A DNA stretch of 64,000 bases from Octopus vulgaris (Eukaryota): positions 67,828,001 to 67,892,000 of the forward strand of contig OX597825.1 in NCBI GenBank assembly GCA_951406725.2. The letters are read 5' to 3'. Positions 55,834-64,000 of this stretch are shown here, piece by piece. Numbering within the stretch: the stretch's first letter is position 1; each line of letters begins with the position of its first letter. The notes under the pieces are model-generated. The model was given only the letters and a program-made list of their open reading frames with translations, searched no databases and was not told the origin of the DNA. The position numbers and the translations under genes are program-made.

Positions 55834-56664
55834 TATATTACTAATTGTAAACAAACCCTGTCTCCAATAGTCGTAAGCTGTCAATCGTACTAACAACATA
55901 TCGCATTAATTATGCATTTTTTAAAGATAAAATTAATTTCTCATATTTTATCAGGGAAATCGCATCCTTTGTTACACAACTATTATGCAATATTGTTTAT
56001 TTCAAATCAGACTCAGACTCAGACTCGTTACTGGATTTTCAAACAACAGATGAAATATATTTGAAAGCGTAATATTGTATCTGTTCAACACACTCAAAGA
56101 AAAATTATACATCACGTTTGACATGTATATCACAGAAGTTTGGTAGTAATCTGCGATTGTGTTAATTAATGAAAGAACTGTCTGTCAATCCTGTTGTCAC
56201 AGTCACTGGTATTAGCATCATGTTTGAAAAGGAGCTAATTAAATCTTTCAGAATTACCGAGTTGATTAGCTTCAACAATAAAAGCACAACAGAGACACGT
56301 TTAGTAGAAAATTGTAGACACGGTGTATTTTATTTCAAAGATGACTAATGGTTTTGTCTCTTACAAAAACTAAAAAAATTCCAAAATCCATTAGAAATTT
56401 ACAGAAACATACAAATATCTTTAAGAATTGTTTTTGTTTTTCAAGTTCTAAATCAGCTAATCATTCCGAACGCTTCACTCTATAATTAGAATAGAATTGT
56501 TTCCACCCTTTTTTTTTTATAATGAATTTTGATTTTGTTTTATATACAGGAAACTACCAGATTATTTGAAAAGAATATCATTAAAGGAAAGTATTCGGTA
56601 TTAAACCAGTGAAGAAGCTTCAATTCAGACAACGAATTTGTTGGAAATACCTCTCTCTCTCTTT

Positions 56665-56723
<59 letters not shown>

Positions 56724-56729
<6 letters not shown>

Positions 56730-57136
56730 TCTTTTACTTGTTTCGGTCATTTGACTCAGGCCATGCTGGAGCACCGCCTTTAGTCGAGCAAATCGACCCC
56801 AGGACTTATTCTTTGTAAGCCCTAGTTACTTATTCTATCGGTCTCTTTTGCCGAACCGCTAAGTTACGGGGACGTAAACACACCAGCATCGGTTGTCAAG
56901 CGATGTTGGGTGGAGGACACAAACACAGACACACAAACATATACACACACGCATACACATATATACAAATATACGACGGGCTTCTTTCAGTTTCCGTCTA
57001 CCAAATCCACTCACAAGGCTTTGGTCGGCTCGAGGCTATAGCAGAAGACACTTGCCAAAGGTGCCACGCAATGGGACTGAATCCGGAACCATGTGGTTGG
57101 TAAGCAAGATACTTACCACACAGCGACTCCTACGCC
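56724..57136 (-). mobile_element. family 1 SINE, full length
   Basis: Homology to 1287-1692. Confidence 0.88.
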
Positions 57137-57559
57137 ATCGAAATACAATATACAATACACTACCGTTCAAATTTGTGTGTGTATGTGTGCATCATCACTA
57201 TCATCATCATCATCATCATCATCGTCATCGTTCCCCTTGAATAGTTTTATCTCGAGACCTAGATACCAACCAATACTATATACGAGGTTAAAAATGAAAA
57301 TTATTTTCTAAACAATGTCCGAGTCTCTAGTTTCTGTCCGGCAATGTTTATTCAGACGCATTTTGTGATGTCGGGCGCGAAAATACCTTAAGCTAAGCCT
57401 GAAAGCAATGAAGTCATAAAAGAGCCATCCATAACTTGCAGTAAGCAACATTTATTAAACGTTATTACTGTTATTTCTTTATTTTCTGCAAACAAAATGC
57501 GCAAAAAAGATACACGTTCGCATTATGTTATATATACAATAATAATAAAGGACGTTATC

Positions 57560-57721
57560 GTATACAGTTTTACAAACCAAGGACGTTATATAGACCTCCT
57601 TGACTCAAGTTAGAGAAGGGGTGCGTATTATACACAAGGTTTAGGTTTTTCAGAGTTACAGCCCCCTAAAAATCCCCTGCGTATTATATTCAAGGGCGGA
57701 CTATACTTGAGGATTTACGGT
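57560..57721. mobile_element. Tc1/pogo-type DNA transposon end
   Basis: Repeated GCGTATTATA subterminal motifs; terminus ...GAGGATTTACGG. Confidence 0.45.
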
Positions 57722-58138
57722 GATAGTTTTCTATAATTTTTCTACTCCGTTCTTATTCATGTTTTTGCTACATCTCTACTGCTGAATGACGAGGCTCTAA
57801 ATGCCGAAACATCGGTGTCCCAGAATCCCTTGCATCAATGAGCCGAGTGTGTTATGAACATGTTGTCGTTGTTAAAAGGAGAGGCTGTTCTCTTGTGATA
57901 TGCACAACAGTGATTAGCATATTTGCGTTGTAACCTGAGGGGACGTATTATGAATGAATATGCATACAGTGTAAAAAGTGTTAAAAGAGGGAAATTTTGT
58001 TTCCCTTTGTGAGACGAAGGGAAAATAACGAGACCTTAAATTCCAATTACCCCCCCACACACACACACACACACAAACAAATAAACAAAGCATGCACTCT
58101 GCGTGTGTATGTTTCCAAACACAGGGACTTTAACGTGT

Positions 58139-58181
<43 letters not shown>

Positions 58182-58184
58182 GGC

Positions 58185-58306
<122 letters not shown>

Positions 58307-58631
58307 GTATGTGTGCATGTACGTGTGTGTAGATATATCTGTGTCTGTGTGTGTGTGCATCATCACCATCATCATCATTGTCATCTTCATTCCCCCTGGA
58401 TACTTTTATCTCGAGACCTAGAATTAATAAAGCCAAAACCACAACACTCCTCCTGAACGGGACACCCTTCGCAGGGTTAATCATTTACAGTCGAGTGGTC
58501 TGGAGCTGTATAAAATGAAGTGTTTCGCTCAAGAACACAACGTACCGCCCGATCTGTGAATCGAAACCATGGTCTTGCGATCGTGACTACAGTACCGTAA
58601 CCGCTTGGCTATGATAATGATTTGCTGGCTA

Positions 58632-59081
58632 AAGGCGGCGAGCTGGCAGAAACGTTAGAACGCCGGGCGAACTGCTTAGAGATATTTCATCTGCCGGTAC
58701 GTTCTGAGTTCAAATTCTGCCAAGGTCGACTTTGCCTTTTATCCTTTCAGGGTCGATAAATTAAGTACCAGTAACGCACTGGGGTCGATGTAATCGACTT
58801 AATCTCTTTGTCTGTCCTTGTTTGTTCCCTCTGTGTTTAGCCCCTTGTGGGCAATAAAGAAATAAGAAACGTTAGCACGCCGGGCGAAATGTGTAGCCGT
58901 ATTTCGTCTGCCGTTACGTTCTGAGTTCAAATTCCGCCGAGGTCGACTTTGCCTTTCGTCCTTTCGGGGTCGATAAATTAAGTACCAGTTACGCACTGGG
59001 GTCGATGTAATCGACTTAATCCGTTTGTCTGTCCTAGTTTGTCCTCTCTGTGTTTAGCCCCTTGTGGGTAGTAAAGAAATA
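58632..59081 (+). mobile_element. family 4A SINE dimer with 19-bp TSD
   Basis: GATAATGATTTGCTGGCTA at 58613-58631 and 59082-59100; empty site preserved in the duplicate at ~59276. Confidence 0.9.
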
Positions 59082-59801
59082 GATAATGATTTGCTGGCTA
59101 CAAATTTGAACGGTAGTGTATTGTATATTGTATTTCTATGTCCTGTACTGGAGCATGGATCGAAAGATGTAGATAATGATTAAAATAGCTATCAAGAACA
59201 CAACGTACCGCCCGGTCTGTGAATCGAAACCATGGTCTTGCGATCGTGACTATAGTGTTGTAACCGCTTGGCCATGATAATGATTTGCTGGCTACAAATT
59301 TGAACGGTAGTGTATTATATATTGTATTTCTATGCCCTGTACTGGCGCATGGATCGAAAGATGTAGATAATGATTAGAATAGCTATCATCCTAATAGGAT
59401 ATAATAAATACCAGGAACATTTTATGTGTAAAAAAAATCTATTATCATACAGAGGAATTTCCTTAACTTTTCGCTCAGCATTATCTTCGAAGTTTTCACA
59501 ATGAATCTGCTGACAGGAGGAATCAATTTTACAGTTATTGTATGTACTGTTTTCCATTGAGCTATCGATTTAGTCACTTGGTAAAATAAAGTCTGCGTCC
59601 TATCGAAGACTGTCATTCATCTTTCGAAACATGATCATTGGAAATGTCTACTGTTCCAAACGTCTTTTGAAATATTGATCATCTTTGTTTTGATGACAAT
59701 TTTCACCAGAGGGTGAGACGAGAAGATTCAAGACAATCGCATTTACTTGCAAAATTTAGATTTTGTTTTACGAACATTTATTTTTCTTTCTTTCTTTTCA
59801 G

Positions 59802-59885
59802 ATACTTTTCTGAGATGATAGAAAGGGCATCAAGTGTTACTGAGGACGATCCAAGTCCCTGTCACTTATCCACTCACTGGCAGAA
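59802..59885 (+). CDS. candidate internal coding exon of an unidentified host gene (YFSEMIERASSVTEDDPSPCHLSTHWQ)
   Basis: Acceptor TTTTCTTTCTTTCTTTTCAG, donor AA|GTAAGC; 84 nt, phase 2-2; only one open frame; no homology recognised. Confidence 0.35.
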
Positions 59886-59922
59886 GTAAGCAAACATCCA
59901 AAGGAAAAAGAGCAAAGTTATA

Positions 59923-59929
<7 letters not shown>

Positions 59930-59964
<35 letters not shown>

Positions 59965-60500
59965 CCGTTCTGTCCGTCTGTGTGTGTGTCTTCTAGGATC
60001 TCGGGCATCCTCCATCCGATTGCACTAAAATTTGATATGTAGATACCGACGGTATCAGGGCATGTATAAATCTTGAAGAAATTACAAAAATCGATTCCAG
60101 GTGAAAATGCGATCGATAAAGCCGTGGGAACGTGCATTTGTACGCGCAAGTACATCAGCTGTTGCGATCGATACTACATGTACGCGAGAAAAATGCACGT
60201 GCAGTTTGTGCAAAAAAAGCCGGCTGGCTTGAAATAATGCCACAAAATGCAGTATATTTAAGAGACCAAAAAAGTAAGATGCAAAAGAGATATTTTCTTC
60301 AAACTTGGCATGAAGGAAGGAAAGACTATTTGGTTTCTCAAGAAGTTTTTTTTCTGCCTTAACTTCGTTTAACAAAACCAAAAATTTTATTGAAATAAAG
60401 GCATGCTTAATAATTTTTTAATGAAAAGAAAACACTGATTGCTTTTTATTCAACAGATATTGATTCAGCACCGTCCATTGGACTGGGGGCGGTTTGCTCG
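59930..60500 (+). mobile_element. probable non-autonomous Helitron
   Basis: (TA)n-AAATCCGTTCTGTCCGTCTG 5' end; 3' GC hairpin CCGTCC..GGGCGG followed by CTCG|T. Confidence 0.55.
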
Positions 60501-60509
60501 TATAGTTAT

Positions 60510-62438
60510 ATTGAATCATGGTTTCTCATAGGCAGAAGAGGAAAAACTGAAAGCCCTTCTCGGCCTGTGGGTTTGAACTGAAGTGAGAAGCTTCGCAATT
60601 CCAATATTGTCTCAGACTAGATGAAATGACATATGTCGCCAAGACAAGGATGGTCAATATTTTCAGAAACTTTTAGAACAGGAGAAATGGTAATGAACTT
60701 GTTTCGAAACATGAATGACAGTTTCAGATAAGATGCTGATTGTATTTTAACAAGTAGTTGAATTGATTATTCAATGGTGAAAACCAGATACAACAGCTGA
60801 AAATTGATTCATTCTGTCAGTAGTATGCTTGTGTAAACTTTGCTGATAATACTGAACGAGAAATTGAGAAAATTTCTTCGTCTGATAATACAATTACAAG
60901 ACGAATTGTTGATGTGTCAGCTGATATTGATAAGTACATTTCCAAAAGCATGAATAATTCTGAAATTGTCATTCAAGTTGATGACTCGACCGACATTAGT
61001 TGCTTGATTATATCAGAATCTGACATACCATATCGAAATAATTACACAAGTTCCATTCTGTAAGGAACTTTTAAAACGTACCAAAGGACAAGATATTTTC
61101 CAAACTTTGCCTGGGTATTTTGAAATACAGATTTGATAGGATTCTTGTACTGAAATTTGAATGTATGAAGTCTTTAGATATGATAGGGTTTCTGGTGGGA
61201 TTGGTGACCAACGAAGAAGAATTATTCAAGATGGCCCTTATAGATGGTTTGACGTTGGTTCTAATTCAAACAGAACATATTGTGAACTTCCTCTGGGTAA
61301 AGTCACTAAAAGTACAATTGTATGCTCTGCCCTACCGAGACATGGAATCAGAGCACCAGCTAATTCGGTAATCCGAATTTCACGGATGGTTTCGTAGAAA
61401 ACTTTTAAATCGGACATTGAACTTGTTCTTCTTACACCTCAGATTTCTATTAAGGTTTTCGTTGTTGCTGCTTTTATTGTTGGTTTTGTCCTCGTCGTCG
61501 TCGTCGTTGTTGTTGCCTTCTTCGTCTTCTTCTTCTCCTCCTTCTTCTTCTTCCAATCAGGACTCACACCATTAGCCACAAAGAATAATCTCTAATTCGA
61601 GCCTACTCTAAGCTACTAAGAATGCGTGTGGCAACTTGAAGATCCACCCACCACATTAGATAGACTGGCGTTTGCACGGGCGTGAAAGCTACGTTGTTAT
61701 CCTCATTCTGTAAACGGTGGCTTTTAACGGGTGGAGAGCAGAACCATCCTAGGGTAGAGAGGATTCGCAATCTTGACTAGGGTCTGAAAGTTTACCACAC
61801 CATAGTGGGTGACACCATCGTTCCTCTGCTTTGTGGCAGAAGTAGGAAGAAAGAGTGAGAGAAGGTTGTGGCGAAAGAGTACAGTGGGGTTCACCCCTCC
61901 CCGCTGGAACATCGTGGAGCTTAGGTGTTTTTGCTCAATAAACATTCACAATGCCCGGTCTGGGAACCGAAACCGCGTTCTTAAGACCGCGAGTCCGCTG
62001 CCCTAACCACTGGGCCATTGTGCCTCCACCGTCGTTGTTGCTGTTACCGAAAGAAACAAAGCCTGAGAATGACTGGTGTGTAGAGTCAGCAAATTTGGCC
62101 TGAATCTTCGCAATTGAAAACGCTCAATGCAGGGCCGCGATAACAATACCCTCCCAACTAAATCAAATATCTGCATCCAAAACCAAAGCTTTAGCTCTGG
62201 CTCGGAAGGGAAATGAAATGTACGGCCTCATATATGACCCTCATGCAACGCCTTGAAGAAGAGATCGAGCATTATTTCCCATCGATGTCTACAGAAAAAT
62301 TCTATAGGGTTAAATATGCCTTTGCGAACTCCAGCTTTTCAGATTTGATAGCGGATGAAAAGGAGCAAATGGCTTGCAATTCTAGTTATAGCGTCATGAA
62401 AATGAGACACAAGAATGTGCCAGTGGGGATCTTTTGGG
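60510..62438 (+). pseudogene. decayed hAT (Buster/Charlie-like) transposase, interrupted by insertions
   Basis: SDNTITRRIVDVSADI, IQVDDSTDIS, FCKELLKRTKGQDIF, IVNFL...DMESEHQL, LEEEIEHYFP...GIFW; many stops and frameshifts. Confidence 0.75.
61838..62028 (-). mobile_element. family 2 SINE head
   Basis: Reverse complement of GGAGGCACAATGGCCCAGTGGTTAGGGCAGCGG. Confidence 0.75.
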
Positions 62439-63471
62439 GTCGTGCTAACGAGTGTGCCAGCTCGCTGCCTTTAATAATAATAATAATAATAATAATAATA
62501 GTAATGGTTTCAAATTTTGCCACAAGGGCAGTAATTTTTTAGGGGAGGGGGATGATTCGATTTTATCGACCCCAGTGTTCAACTGGTACTTAATTTATCG
62601 ACCCCGAAAGGATGAGAGGCAAAGTCGACCTCGGCGCAATTTGAACTCAGAACGTAGCGGCAGACGAAATACCTATTTCTTTACTGCCCACAAGGGGCTA
62701 AACACAGAGGAGACAAACAAGGACAGACAAACGGATTAAGTCGATTATATCGATCCCAGTGCGTAACTGGTACTTATTTAATCGACCCCGAAAGGATGAG
62801 AGGCAAAGTCGACCTCGGCGCAATTTGAACTCAGAACGTAGCGGCAGACGAAATACCTATTTCTTTACTGCCCACAAGGGGCTAAAAACAGAGGAGACAA
62901 ACAAGGACAGACAAACGGATTAACTCGTTTACATCGACCCCAGTGCGTAACTGGTACTTATTTAATCGACCCCGAAAGGATGAGAGGCAAAGTCGACCTC
63001 GGCGCAATTTGAACTCAGAACGTAGCGGCAGACGAAATACCTATTTCTTTACTACCCACAAGGGGCTAAACACAGAGGGGACAAACAAGGACAAACAAAC
63101 GGATTAAGCCGATTACATCGACCCCAGTGCGTAACTGGCACTTATTTAATCGACCCCGAAAGGATGAAAGGCAAAGTCGACCTCGGCGGAATTTGAACTC
63201 AGAACGCCAAGACGGACGAAATACCGCTAAGCAATTCGCCCGCCGTACTAACGAGTGTGCCAGCTCGCTGCCTTTAATAATAATAATAATGGTTTCAAAT
63301 TTTGCCACGAGGGCAGCAATTTTAGTGTTCAACTGGTACTAATTCTATCGACCCCGAAAAGATGAAAGGCAAAGGCCACCTCGGCGGAATTTGAACTCAG
63401 AACGTTACGACGGACGAAATACGCCAAGCAGTTCGTCCGGCGTGCTAACGATTCTGCCAGCTTACCACCTT
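62438..63471 (-). mobile_element. family 4 SINE array with three stacked ~184-bp 4A units
   Basis: GACGAAATACC|TATTTCTTTAC junctions at ~62673, ~62857 and ~63041. Confidence 0.88.
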
Positions 63472-64000
63472 AGCTTCGCATTGGTCAGACTAATGTCTGA
63501 CTAATGTCTGACCAATGCAAAGCGCTATAGTGTGGATTAATATAGAGGTCTCCTATCAACGAGCCGCAAAGAAAGAATAAATTTTATAATTTTATTTCTA
63601 TTTCATCAACTTTCGCAGTGTTCAGGGTGTTTTTGTATTATATATCTATTAGTTAAAACAGTGTGCTGGCAGAGTCGTTAGCACGCCGGTCAAAATGCTT
63701 AGCGGCACTCCGTCCGTCTTTACGCTCTGAGTTCAAATGCCGCCGAAGTTAACTGCCTTTCGTTCTTTCTCGGTCGATAAAATAGGTACCAGTTGAGCAC
63801 TGGTATATATTTTATTGACTAGAGCCATCCCTCAAAATATCAGGCCTCTATTACAGTCAGAATCCATCTGATGGATTCTGACTGTAATTTTTAAAATCCT
63901 AGATTTATCATATTAGGCCACACTAATTCTGCCTATGTGGGAAAAACAAATTTAATATGCTTCATTATACACTCGATATGCTGTCGGTAATACGGCCGCG

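Noticed and set aside
62540-63270. Regularly spaced repeats resembling a CRISPR array or retrozyme
   Set aside because: Units are whole SINE bodies with no unique spacers, and no ribozyme core was found in them

Overview
AT-rich, microsatellite-saturated eukaryotic non-coding DNA. The SINE families and repeat landscape suggest a cephalopod, probably Octopus (inference). No complete host gene is visible, and nearly all ORF-track hits are microsatellite or SINE translations; one plausible 84-nt coding exon lies at 59802-59885. The window is a transposon patchwork: four tRNA-type SINE families with swapped modules, R4/Dong-like RLE LINE fragments lodged in (TAA)n or (TACA)n, Tx1/L1 and RTE-like pieces, Penelope-like (PLE) remnants, mariner derivatives, three Helitrons and a decayed hAT/Buster transposase. 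Most notable: (1) a PLE-associated type I hammerhead ribozyme motif with an ~85-nt covarying stem II, present three times, twice within a near-perfect ~670-bp inverted repeat; (2) a young SINE subfamily that repeatedly sits inside older relatives at recurring junctions, forming seamless tandem arrays; (3) same-strand stacks of microsatellite-targeting RLE LINEs. All calls were read by eye, so boundaries are approximate.
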